In this document: positions 49,308 through 58,211 of the stretch, one piece after another
Position numbering within the stretch: the first letter of the stretch is position 1
Layout: each line of letters starts with the position of its first letter
NCBI GenBank assembly: GCA_963745025.1
Contig: CAVUWD010000016.1
Coordinates: 960,001 to 1,024,000, forward strand
Origin: an uncultured delta proteobacterium
Lineage (GTDB): Bacteria > Desulfobacterota > Binatia > JACPRU01
Length of the DNA: 64,000 nt
Direction of reading: 5' to 3'
Program-made: the position numbers and the translations under genes
The notes under the pieces: model-generated
Seen by the model: the letters and a program-made list of their open reading frames with translations, nothing else
What the model was told of the DNA's origin: nothing
Databases searched by the model: none

Positions 49308-50153
49308 TCACTGGCTCATGTGCCATCCGCCGTTCGGCGACAGCGTCTGTCCGGTCACCCAATCCGATTCCGAGGATGCGAGGTAAACCGCCGCCCACGC
49401 GATGTCGTCCGGCTGACCGAGGCGGCCGAGGGGTGTGGCGGCGGCGACCAGCGGACACGCCTCGCGCATGTCGTCGAGGAGCGGCGTGTCCACGAAGCCC
49501 GGGGCCAAAGCGTTCACCTGGATGTTTCGCGAGGCCACTTCGCGCGCGAGGGCCCGCGTGAAGCCCAGAATGCCGGCCTTCGCCGCGCAATAGTCGATCG
49601 CGCCGGCGCCCGCCGCGGTCCCCATGATGGAGCCCATGTTGATGATCTTGCCGGCGGAAAGCTCCCCGCTCTGGCGACTCATGATCTTGAGTGCTTCGCG
49701 GGAACAATAGAACGTCGCATAGAGGTGGATGCGCAGCATCCGGTCCCAGTCCTCGTCCGACAGCTCCTGCGTGACGTCGCAGGGAGTCTCGATTCGGCCC
49801 TTGGCCGCAAGCTCCTGTGCCTGCTTGATCATGATCTCGACGTACCGGGCCGCGCGCGCTCCCTTGAGCCCGATCCCTGCATTGTTGACGAGCACGTCGA
49901 GGCGCTTCGTCTTCTTGCCGAGCTCGCCGAACATGCGCCGCACGGACACGGAATCGCCAACGTCGACGGCGAGCCCCGCCCCGCCGGGCGCGAGCTTCTC
50001 GCACTCGCCGCTCACCGCCTTCGCCGCGGCCTCGTTGATGTCGGCCGGGAAGACGACGGCTCCCTCTTCAGCGAAGCGCTTGCAGATCGCCGCACCGAGG
50101 CCCGAGCCACCGCCGGTGATGACCGACACTTTTCCCTTCAGCCTGTTGCTCAT
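49308..50153 (-). CDS. SDR family oxidoreductase
   Basis: TGGGSGLG, NNAG, YCAAK. Confidence 0.92.
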   Translation of the reverse strand: MSNRLKGKVSVITGGGSGLGAAICKRFAEEGAVVFPADINEAAAKAVSGECEKLAPGGAGLAVDVGDSVSVRRMFGELGKKTKRLDVLVNNAGIGLKGARAARYVEIMIKQAQELAAKGRIETPCDVTQELSDEDWDRMLRIHLYATFYCSREALKIMSRQSGELSAGKIINMGSIMGTAAGAGAIDYCAAKAGILGFTRALAREVASRNIQVNALAPGFVDTPLLDDMREACPLVAAATPLGRLGQPDDIAWAAVYLASSESDWVTGQTLSPNGGWHMSQ

Positions 50154-50167
50154 GCCACTGCCTCCTG

Positions 50168-50233
50168 GGCTGCGGGCTATGGGCTACGGGAAAGAACCCA
50201 CGAAGTCTTTCCCGTAGCCCGTACCTTGCAGCC
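50168..50233. repeat. Heptamer-arm palindrome E6
   Basis: ggctgcg-ggctatg-ggctacg-ggaaag...GAAGTCTTTCC-cgtagcc-cgtacct-tgcagcc. Confidence 0.8.
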
Positions 50234-50238
50234 GCTAT

Positions 50239-51030
50239 TTACACCTTGTACCCCCCGTCCACGCTGATCACCTGCCCGGTGATCGCCTTTCCACCCACTT
50301 CCGAAGCAATCAGCGCGGCCATCGGACCGAGCTCGTCCGGGTGGACGATCCGCTTCTGCACGTTCTCCGATTCGGCCTGCGCCCGGAGCGCCTGCGGCGT
50401 CGTGCCGAGCGTCGCCGCCGCGCCCTCGAAGTAGTCGTTGGCGAGCTTGGTGTCCGTCCATGCCGGGCACAGCACGTTCACGGTGATCGTCGGCGGAACC
50501 TGGTACACCATCGCGCGCATCATGCCGATGAGCCCGTGCTTGGCCGCCGAGTACGCGATCGGACCGCCGCCCATCTTCGCGTAACCCGATCCGATGTGGA
50601 TGATGCGGCCGTAGTTCTGCTTCGCCATCTGCGGCAGCGCCGCGCGCGTCGCGTAGTAGGCCGAGGTGAGATTGAAGAAGAGATGATCCTCGAAGAGCTT
50701 GTCGTCGCTCGTTAGGGCGAGGATGTCCTCGAGCTTGTCGTAGTAAACGCCGCCCGCGTTGTTGACGAGAACGTCGAGTCGGCCGAAGCGCTCGATCACC
50801 GCCGCGACCATGCGTTTGGTCCCCTCGCGGTCAAACGCGTCGCAAACGATCGCGTGGCCCTCGCTGCCGAGCGTGCCGATCTCCGCCGCGACGGAGTCGA
50901 GCTCCTTCTTGGTACGCGAGCTGATCGCTACCTTCGCACCCTCGCGGGCAAACTCGAGCGCAATCGAGCGTCCGATGCCGCGGCCGCCGCCGGTCACGAG
51001 CGCGGCTCTACCCTTTAACCGATCTCCCAT
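50239..51030 (-). CDS. SDR family oxidoreductase
   Basis: TGGGRGIG, NNAGG, YSAAK; GGGGGAG RBS before ATG 51030. Confidence 0.92.
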   Translation of the reverse strand: MGDRLKGRAALVTGGGRGIGRSIALEFAREGAKVAISSRTKKELDSVAAEIGTLGSEGHAIVCDAFDREGTKRMVAAVIERFGRLDVLVNNAGGVYYDKLEDILALTSDDKLFEDHLFFNLTSAYYATRAALPQMAKQNYGRIIHIGSGYAKMGGGPIAYSAAKHGLIGMMRAMVYQVPPTITVNVLCPAWTDTKLANDYFEGAAATLGTTPQALRAQAESENVQKRIVHPDELGPMAALIASEVGGKAITGQVISVDGGYKV

Positions 51031-51168
51031 GTCGTCTCCCCCTTGGCTCGGGAATCTCGAAGCGTCTAACCCGCTTCCGACTCCGGAGTAAACCCCCCAT
51101 CGACTGGGCGCGCGAATCAAAAGTAGGAGGTACTTGTCGGGCGCGGTCACATTCAGTAAAGCGCGAGC

Positions 51169-52059
51169 ATGGACATCGGCAAGCTCGGAGTCTGGTTCTT
51201 CCTCGACAGCATGACTGCCGCCGAGAGCGCCGCGTATGCGCAGAAGGTGGAGCGCCTCGGCTATTCGGCGCTGTGGATCCCCGAAGCCGTCGGCCGCGAG
51301 CCGTTCGCGCACGCCGGCTATCTCCTCTCCAAGACGGAGAAGCTGATCCTCGCCACCGGGATCGCCAACATCTGGGCGCGCGATCCGATGACGATGGCGG
51401 CGGCCGCGCGCACCCTCGCCGAGCTCTCCGGCGGGCGCTTCCTGCTCGGCATCGGCGTGAGCCATGCGCCGCTCGTCGAGCGGTTGCGCGGCCACGACTA
51501 CAAGAAGCCCTACAGCTACATGAAGGACTACCTCGCCAAGATGAAGACGGCGATGTCCGAGCCGATGATGTATCAGTGCGTGAAGCCCAAAGAGGATCCG
51601 CCGATCCTGCTCGCCGCGCTCCACCCGAAGATGCTCGCGCTTTCGGCCAGCGAGGCGCGCGGCACCCACACGTATTTCGTTCCGCCCGAGCACACAGCGA
51701 AGGCCCGCGCGGCGATCGGCAAGGAGGCGTGGATCTGCGCCGCGCAAGCGGTCGTCCTCGAGACCGATGCCGCGAAAGCCCGCACCGCGGCACGCGCGTA
51801 CATGAAGACCTACGTGCCCCGGTTGCCGAACTACACCAACAACCTGAAGGCGCTCGGCTGGAAGGACGAAGAGTTCAAGGATGGCTGCAGCGACCGCCTG
51901 GTCGACGCGATCGTGGCGTGGGGGACCGTGGAGCAGATTCGCAGCCGCATCGCCGCGCACCACCAGGCCGGCGCGACGCACGTCTGCATCCTGCCGCTGC
52001 GCGCCGACGGCAAGCCGCTTCCGGACGAGCGAGCGACCGAGGCGCTCGCGCCGCGCTAG
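51169..52059 (+). CDS. LLM-class oxidoreductase, probably F420-dependent
   Basis: ATGIANIWARD, GRFLLGIGVSH, LAAL.PKML.L, LPNYTNNL. Confidence 0.85.
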   Translation: MDIGKLGVWFFLDSMTAAESAAYAQKVERLGYSALWIPEAVGREPFAHAGYLLSKTEKLILATGIANIWARDPMTMAAAARTLAELSGGRFLLGIGVSHAPLVERLRGHDYKKPYSYMKDYLAKMKTAMSEPMMYQCVKPKEDPPILLAALHPKMLALSASEARGTHTYFVPPEHTAKARAAIGKEAWICAAQAVVLETDAAKARTAARAYMKTYVPRLPNYTNNLKALGWKDEEFKDGCSDRLVDAIVAWGTVEQIRSRIAAHHQAGATHVCILPLRADGKPLPDERATEALAPR

Positions 52060-52069
52060 GACCGGGATT

Positions 52070-52462
52070 ATGTTGCGGGAGATCTCGATCGCGGCGATTG
52101 CCGCCACCTTCCTGGGCGTCGTCGTTGCGGGCTGCCAGAGCTCGAACGAAGGCGTCGGCGGCGATAAGGGGGCGCCCGACAAGGCGCATGGACAGCAGAT
52201 CTTCACAGTCCTCTGCGCCACCTGCCATGGCATCGATGGAAGCGGCATCAAGGGCCTCGGCAAGAGTTTCGTCACTAGCGAGTACGTGAGAAAGGCGTCG
52301 GACGACCAGCTCGTCGACCTGTTGATCAAGGGCCGCGACGCGAAGGACCCGCTCAACAGCACGGGCGTCCTCATGCCACCGAAGGGCGGCAATCCTTCGC
52401 TCACCGAGAAGGACCTGCGCGACGTCGTCGCCTATGTGCGCACGCTGAACCACCCCGGTTGA
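52070..52462 (+). CDS. Monoheme cytochrome c lipoprotein
   Basis: VAGC lipobox, CATCH heme motif, MPPKGG distal Met. Confidence 0.88.
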   Translation: MLREISIAAIAATFLGVVVAGCQSSNEGVGGDKGAPDKAHGQQIFTVLCATCHGIDGSGIKGLGKSFVTSEYVRKASDDQLVDLLIKGRDAKDPLNSTGVLMPPKGGNPSLTEKDLRDVVAYVRTLNHPG

Positions 52463-52562
52463 CATGCGCCCGGTGCCGGAGCATCGCGGAATGAATCGTG
52501 CCGTTCGGCGATCAGTCGTCGCCGGCCAAACAACCGATCCTCGGGAACGAAGGAGGGCTACC

Positions 52563-53687
52563 GTGCAAATCGCCCCTGTCTCCCGCCGTAGGTCCGGAAC
52601 TCTTCTGAGACTTTCGATGCTGGTCGTATTGATCGGCGCACTCCGGCCTCTTCCAGCCGCTGCAGCCGGCAAACCGCGGCCGGTGCCGGTCGAGACCCGC
52701 AACCTCTACCTGGGGGCTGACCTGACCCCCGCGATCGAAGCAGGAACCCTCGAGGAGCTCGTCCTCGCGGCGAGCACGATCTGGCAGCAGGTCGTGGCCA
52801 CCGACTTCCCCGCCCGGGCGCAATTGCTCGCGGCCGAGATCGACGACGCGTCCCCGCTCCTCGTAGGTTTGCAGGAAGTCGCCCTTTGGCGCACGGGAGC
52901 CCCCGATGGGCCGCCAGTTTTCGGCGGCACTCCGGCGACCGACGTCGCCTACGACTTTCTCACGCTCCTCCTCGACGCGCTCGCCGCGCGTGGCATCACC
53001 TACGATGCCGTCGTCGTCCAGCAGGAGGCCGACCTCGAAGCACCCACGATCTTGGGCTTCGACATCCGGCTGACCCAACGCGACGTCATCCTCGCCAAAG
53101 CGGTCGGACGCGGCGCGCTCACAGTCGAGAACCCTCAATCCGCCAACTTCACGGCCAACCTGACGCTGCCGATCTTAGGAGGCCCGGCGACCATTACGAG
53201 CACGCGCGGCTGGACCTCGATCGACGTGACGGCCAAGAGCCGCCAGTTCCGTTTCGTGAACACCCACCTCGAGGCGTTCTCGAACTTCTACCGGAGCGCG
53301 CAGGCCTTGGAGCTCCTCGCCGGGCCGCTGGCGACGACCAGCCTGCCGGTCGTCCTGGTGGGGGATCTCAATTCGGCGCCCGACGACCCTGTCTCCGACG
53401 AGGGAAGCCCCCTCGACAACACGAACCCGTACGACATCCTGACCAGCAGCGGGTTCGTGGACACCTGGGCGCTGGTGCACCCGCAGGACCCCGGCGTCAC
53501 CTGCTGCAACGAGCCCGACCTGCTGAACCCCATACCGACGCTCTTCCAGCGGATCGACCATGTGCTGCTGCGCGCCGGCGGGACGGCCTATCGCTCGAAC
53601 GTCATCGGCGTCGATCCGGCGAACCGTACCGCCAACGGCCTGTGGCCTTCCGACCACGCGGGTGTGACCGCGGCGCTGGCACCGTGA
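52563..53687 (+). CDS. Exported endonuclease/exonuclease/phosphatase family protein
   Basis: NLYLG, GLQEV, NTHLE, GDLNS, RIDHV, PSDH; AGGAGG RBS. Confidence 0.85.
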   Translation: MQIAPVSRRRSGTLLRLSMLVVLIGALRPLPAAAAGKPRPVPVETRNLYLGADLTPAIEAGTLEELVLAASTIWQQVVATDFPARAQLLAAEIDDASPLLVGLQEVALWRTGAPDGPPVFGGTPATDVAYDFLTLLLDALAARGITYDAVVVQQEADLEAPTILGFDIRLTQRDVILAKAVGRGALTVENPQSANFTANLTLPILGGPATITSTRGWTSIDVTAKSRQFRFVNTHLEAFSNFYRSAQALELLAGPLATTSLPVVLVGDLNSAPDDPVSDEGSPLDNTNPYDILTSSGFVDTWALVHPQDPGVTCCNEPDLLNPIPTLFQRIDHVLLRAGGTAYRSNVIGVDPANRTANGLWPSDHAGVTAALAP

Positions 53688-53985
53688 CGGAGGGCGCGCG
53701 GCGCAGTTCAAGTCGTATTGCGCGCGCGCAAACGTCACATCGCAGTCCTTGAAGGATCCGAGCCCGCGCCAGGTGCCCGGGACTCGCGCGCTTGAGGCTC
53801 ACGACCCGATTGGTGCCGACGAGCCCGTTCACTCCGGGCACGAGCGCGTCGCGATCGCTCGCTCGGGCTCTAGTCCGTTACTCCGTCGTAAGCGGGCTTC
53901 ACCACCCACCCGCCACTCGCCCTTCCGCACCTACCCTCCCCGGTGTAAGACCGACTATGTCGCCATTGGAACGGCTCCATACAAA

Positions 53986-55143
53986 TCAGCGCGAACCCGA
54001 GCCGTAGAGGAAGTACAACCCCGTCGGATCGATCTCCGCCGTGATCCCGGTTCGGATCCAGTTGTCAGCGACGAGCGTCCCGCCTGCGGGCGCGTGCGCC
54101 GATTTAATGCCGAGCTCTGCGGATTCGACGGCATCCCAGCCGATGTTCAGCGGCTCGCCGTTCGCGGGATTCAGCGGGCGCGTGTCCACGTTCGGCAGCG
54201 GAATGCCGACCGCGTCGTCGAGAAACCAGGTCGGATGGCTGGCGATCACGGGTCCGAGGTCGTTCCGGCCGAGCACCGTGAGGACCGGCGTGCCGAGTCG
54301 CCGCGCCAAGCGCCGACGTCCAGAAACGCTGAACGGCCCTTCGACGCCGACCAGCGCGCCGGCGCCGATGCGCAAGCGGGGAATGCGGGGTGGCGCGTCG
54401 ACGAACCGCTGCATCGCGCCCGCCCAGCTCGTGACGAGATAGTCGACACGCTCCGGCGGGTTCGCGAGCCCCGTCCCCCACCCTGCCCACACGGTGCCGC
54501 CGCGTTGCCAAGCGCCGAGCAGCATCGCCAGCGACAGCCAATCGGTCGGTGGATCGAGCAGAAGAATTTGGGTCTCTGCGTCGATCATGAAGAAGCTGCC
54601 GACCGCGATCGCCTTGGCGGCGAGCGTCTTGTGATTGTGCAGGATCTCGCCGCTGCGATCGGGCTTGGCGAACGCGACCAATGGCTTCTTGAAGTCCGGC
54701 CGCTCGCTCTTCTCGCTTCCCGGCTCGGCGAGGAGCGCTGCGAATTCGACCGCCTTCTCGCCCGACCGACCGAGGGCGAGGTCTGCGCCGAAGCGCCCGA
54801 GCGTGCTCTCCGGGATCTCTCCCGCGCTCGCGTAGGCCAGCATCTCGGTCTCGAAACAGGCAAAGAGCGCGGTCACGAGCTCGAGCGGCTCGGCGAGCGC
54901 GATCGCCACGCGCGAGCCCTTCTGCAATCGGCCGCGCAGCGACGCCGCGAGCTTCTTCACGCTCTCGGAAATCTGCGCATAGGAGACGGCTCCCGAGCTG
55001 GTGACGAGCGCGGCATTCTCGGGGGCGGTCGCCGCCGACGCGTGCAGCGTGATTTCCCCGACCCGCTTCAGCGGCACGTGCGCGTAGCGGGCCGTGTCTT
55101 CGGGCCAGTATGCCGCCAGCTGTCCGAGCGCGCCCTTCCCCAT
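53986..55143 (-). CDS. Truncated, degenerate AMP-binding (ANL) family protein
   Basis: ANL-like layout (SYAQ, GSRVAI, VGIPLPNVD, W.RTG) without a TSGT P-loop or C-terminal lid domain. Confidence 0.6.
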   Translation of the reverse strand: MGKGALGQLAAYWPEDTARYAHVPLKRVGEITLHASAATAPENAALVTSSGAVSYAQISESVKKLAASLRGRLQKGSRVAIALAEPLELVTALFACFETEMLAYASAGEIPESTLGRFGADLALGRSGEKAVEFAALLAEPGSEKSERPDFKKPLVAFAKPDRSGEILHNHKTLAAKAIAVGSFFMIDAETQILLLDPPTDWLSLAMLLGAWQRGGTVWAGWGTGLANPPERVDYLVTSWAGAMQRFVDAPPRIPRLRIGAGALVGVEGPFSVSGRRRLARRLGTPVLTVLGRNDLGPVIASHPTWFLDDAVGIPLPNVDTRPLNPANGEPLNIGWDAVESAELGIKSAHAPAGGTLVADNWIRTGITAEIDPTGLYFLYGSGSR

Positions 55144-55249
55144 CGCCGACTCTCAGCCGAGCCTCGCGGCGGCAACCGACGCGCGCAAGGGTGATGGTAC
55201 CTCGTATCTCATATCTTCGTGCGCAAGCGTAAAATTCTGCCCGAGTAGA

Positions 55250-56578
55250 TCAGCCGATTTGGGTCTCCGACAGCACCGGCGCGACACCTTTGAACTGGAG
55301 CAGCAGGTCGCGCACCCAGACCACCTCGACCGCCGCGCCGAAGCGAGCCTGCAAGTGGCCGCGGAGCCTCGCCGCGAGATCGCGAGCGTCGCGCTCGGGC
55401 TCCGCCATCAACAGCCGAAGCCGTCCCGCGTTCAGTCCCTCCCTTGAGATCACGAATGGCATACCCACCGTCTCCGGCACTCCATCTTCGAGGGCGAGCT
55501 GGACGTCGTACGCGAGAAGCGCCTCTCCTCCGAGCCGAAAGCTATGCTCCCAGCGGCCGAGGATCTTAATTCTCGGCGAGGGAAGGCCGCAAGGGCATTC
55601 CGAATCGTCGATCGTGACGACGTCCTCGCTGTCGTAGCGGAGATAGACCGAGCCCTCGGGAATCAAGAAGCAGTGCACCATCGATCCGCGCTCCCGCGGC
55701 CGAACCCTCTGCCGCGTCCGCGGATCGAGGGCTTCGATGTAGCAGGTGTCGGGCGCCACGTGGAGCCCGCGCTTCTCTGCGCACGACGTCGCCAGCACGC
55801 CTTCGGTGACGCCCGCCACTTCGGAGATGCGCCCCACCCCGGTCACCTCCTTCAGGTGACGCTCCATGCCCGGAGTGATCGGTGCGCCGGTGACGAGCAG
55901 GACTTCGACCCGGTCGAAGAGGGCTCTCGGCTCGATGCCCGAGCGGCGCGCCGCGGTGAGAATGGAAAACACCATCGGCAGGAACATCGTGACGTAGCGC
56001 GGACGGAAGCGGCGCAGCGCATCGACGATGCGGTCGGCGTAGCGTGGCAGGTAGGTTCCCGAAACGACCACGCACGGCGCCTCGAAGAACTCCGCGAGAT
56101 ACGGCTGGATGGCGGCATAGCTGTGCCACGCCGGGGCAGAGATCACGAACGGTGATCCCGGGCGAAAGCCCGCCCACCAATGCGCCCGAGCGGACGACTT
56201 GCCCTGCACGCGTCGCCATCGCCGGTTGACGGTGAGAAATGTCGTGCCGATGGTTCCCGAGCTGACCGTGAACGTCTCGCCGACGCTGCGATCGATCCGT
56301 CTCTCGATGCCGAGCCGATGGCACTTCCGCTCCGTCTGCCAGGCGAGCATGTCCTGCTTGCGAAACGTCGGCAGCTGATCGAGATCGTCGAGGCTCCGGA
56401 AACGTTGCACGTCGAATCCCGCGGCAGCGAACTTCTCGGCGTAGAACGGGAGCTCGGCGACGGCGATTTCGAGAACGCGCCGGACACGGCCCGTCCACCA
56501 GCGCCGTAGCGCCGCGCTCGACAGCGTGTCGAGCCGATCGAAGGGCTCCGCGACGCGCGCGCGCGGCGTCATGCCCAT
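55250..56578 (-). CDS. Phenylacetate--CoA ligase (PaaK)-like protein
   Basis: PFYAEK, LPTF.K.D, SSGTIG, GVTEG, C...GLH, LRYDSED, CPCG, ILGR; start could be 56572, 56578 or 56632. Confidence 0.78.
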   Translation of the reverse strand: MGMTPRARVAEPFDRLDTLSSAALRRWWTGRVRRVLEIAVAELPFYAEKFAAAGFDVQRFRSLDDLDQLPTFRKQDMLAWQTERKCHRLGIERRIDRSVGETFTVSSGTIGTTFLTVNRRWRRVQGKSSARAHWWAGFRPGSPFVISAPAWHSYAAIQPYLAEFFEAPCVVVSGTYLPRYADRIVDALRRFRPRYVTMFLPMVFSILTAARRSGIEPRALFDRVEVLLVTGAPITPGMERHLKEVTGVGRISEVAGVTEGVLATSCAEKRGLHVAPDTCYIEALDPRTRQRVRPRERGSMVHCFLIPEGSVYLRYDSEDVVTIDDSECPCGLPSPRIKILGRWEHSFRLGGEALLAYDVQLALEDGVPETVGMPFVISREGLNAGRLRLLMAEPERDARDLAARLRGHLQARFGAAVEVVWVRDLLLQFKGVAPVLSETQIG

Positions 56579-56585
56579 CCGATCG

Positions 56586-56709
56586 CCCGTTTCCGTCGCT
56601 CCCGTTGGTCGCGACCCGCTCGGGTCCACCATCCTACCAAGCGAGCACCCGTTTCCGTCGCTCCCGCTGGTCGCGACCCGCTCCGGTCCACCATCTTACC
56701 AAGCGAGCC
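56586..56709. repeat. 62-bp direct tandem repeat (2 copies) containing the stop codon of the upstream gene
   Basis: cccgtttccgtcgctcccg(t/c)tggtcgcgacccgctc(g/c)ggtccaccatc(c/t)taccaagcgagc twice. Confidence 0.92.
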
Positions 56710-57541
56710 TCGCCGCCTTCGGCTCGAGTGGACAGCCGGCGGGAAGAACGTCGCCGCGGCCGAGGCGGTAGCGGATCGCCGGGCACCCCCCGACGAACGG
56801 CGCGCTCAATACGATCTCCCTCTCCCCGAGCGACTCCGCCCGGTAGCTCCGATCGAGATGGAATTGACCGCATTCGGGACAATCCCCCGCAACGAAAAAC
56901 GCCGCGTCGGCGCGCAGCAGCCTCCGCACCGGCACACCGAGCACGTCGGCGAGCCGGTCGGCGTCCTTGGTGGCAGCCGCGCCCTCGACCTCGGACACCG
57001 CCGCCCAGCGTAAGCTCTTCGCACCCCGCTGCCCGTGCGTTGCCAGCGCTTCGGCGAGCGGCGCGACGAGGTCTCGGCGCATGACCAACCCCACGGGACG
57101 CACGTTCTCGAGAATCACCAGCATCCGCGCCGTCATGCTCGCCACACCGTCGTTGCAGATGGTGTGCGCGCCGAGGCGCGTGGCCGCGCCCCGCCGCAGA
57201 TGCGAGACGTAGATCGACGAGGAGAGCAGCACGCACGGATTCGAGCCGTAGTCGAAGAAGGCGATCGTCTCGTCGGCACCGAGCCCAAACCGGCGCCAGA
57301 GGCGCGACACCACGCCGGCCCAGGCGTCGAGCTCGGCGGGGCCGAGCGCCGCCCAGACCGGCGGCTCGCTCGTCGCCTCGATCTGCAGAGCGACGGCGGG
57401 CCGTGAGCCCTCGCGCACGCGGCCAGCGAAAGGGTCGTCGTGCTCGGCGGCGTAGTCCTCGAGATCGTCGAGCGACCAGGGCTCGGGAACGCCGCGCGCG
57501 TCGAGGCGGGATCGGTAGAACGGAAATTCGCGCAGGTCCAA
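56696..57541 (-). CDS. Degenerate short PaaK-like protein
   Basis: FPFYRSRL N-terminus, DCPECGQFH, PAIRY and GCP mirror PaaK; P-loop absent; only 281 aa. Confidence 0.62.
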   Translation of the reverse strand: MDLREFPFYRSRLDARGVPEPWSLDDLEDYAAEHDDPFAGRVREGSRPAVALQIEATSEPPVWAALGPAELDAWAGVVSRLWRRFGLGADETIAFFDYGSNPCVLLSSSIYVSHLRRGAATRLGAHTICNDGVASMTARMLVILENVRPVGLVMRRDLVAPLAEALATHGQRGAKSLRWAAVSEVEGAAATKDADRLADVLGVPVRRLLRADAAFFVAGDCPECGQFHLDRSYRAESLGEREIVLSAPFVGGCPAIRYRLGRGDVLPAGCPLEPKAARLAW

Positions 57542-57547
57542 GAGGCA

Positions 57548-57614
57548 GGCTACCGGCTACGGGCTAGAGGCTACAGGCAACGAGCGCTTTGTTCTTTGCC
57601 TGTAGCCCGTAGCC
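57548..57614. repeat. Heptamer-arm palindrome E7
   Basis: ggctacc-ggctacg-ggctaga-ggctaca...GTTCTTTGCC-tgtagcc-cgtagcc. Confidence 0.8.
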
Positions 57615-57619
57615 ATCTT

Positions 57620-58138
57620 CTAGAATTTCGCCATCGCTCCGCCGAGAGCGGCCAGCACCGCGGCGACTACATTCAGATAATAGAAGCGATCCTGCCACAG
57701 CGTGACCCACTCTTGCGCAGCGCGCTTTTTTTCCAGGTCGCGCAGGCCCGCCGAATAGGGGAGCTTCTGGGTGAGAATCGCCTGGTACCAGTACCCCGAC
57801 AGCGTTCCGGTGATCAGCAGGACGAACCACGCCAGCGCCATGAGCACGATCCAGCGACCGTACGGACCGGTGACGAAGTCGCGGGTGAAGAAGCTCGACA
57901 GCTGGCCCATCACCCACAGCCGACTGAACCCGGTGATCCCGAGCAGGGCAATCGCCGTCGTGCCGACGATCATCAGCCCCGCGCCGATCTTCTGGCTCAC
58001 GACGGTCGAGTGAGCAGGGGGAATTCGCTTGAGCGCGGGATTCAGTATCGCCGTGTTGAAGACGATCGACCCGACGAGCATGATCGCCGAGTAGATGTGC
58101 ACCACCCGCAGGAACTGGAGCCAGAAGACGGTAGACAC
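57620..58138 (-). CDS. 4-TM membrane protein (CopD/DUF4149-like)
   Basis: LRVVHI.SA...VGS first helix; four hydrophobic segments. Confidence 0.65.
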   Translation of the reverse strand: MSTVFWLQFLRVVHIYSAIMLVGSIVFNTAILNPALKRIPPAHSTVVSQKIGAGLMIVGTTAIALLGITGFSRLWVMGQLSSFFTRDFVTGPYGRWIVLMALAWFVLLITGTLSGYWYQAILTQKLPYSAGLRDLEKKRAAQEWVTLWQDRFYYLNVVAAVLAALGGAMAKF

Positions 58139-58142
58139 GGGA

Positions 58143-58209
58143 GGCTACGGGCTACGGGCTACGGGAACGGAATCGCGAAGTCTTTCCTGTAACCCGTAGC
58201 CTGTAGCCC
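58143..58209. repeat. Heptamer-arm palindrome E8
   Basis: (ggctacg)x3-ggaacgg...GAAGTCTTTCC-tgtaacc-cgtagcc-tgtagcc. Confidence 0.82.
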
Positions 58210-58211
58210 TT

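Noticed and set aside
49236-50233. Integron attC sites flanking single genes
   Set aside because: No RYYYAAC/GTTRRRY core ends and no integron integrase in the window; kept only as a repeat family
50239-52404. 721-aa ORF, and similarly extended 12145..14313 and 61430..63214
   Set aside because: N-terminal extensions overlap other genes; plausible starts are 51030, 12967 and 62051
56586-56709. Possible CRISPR array (also considered for the heptamer elements)
   Set aside because: Only two abutting copies, no spacers, no cas genes
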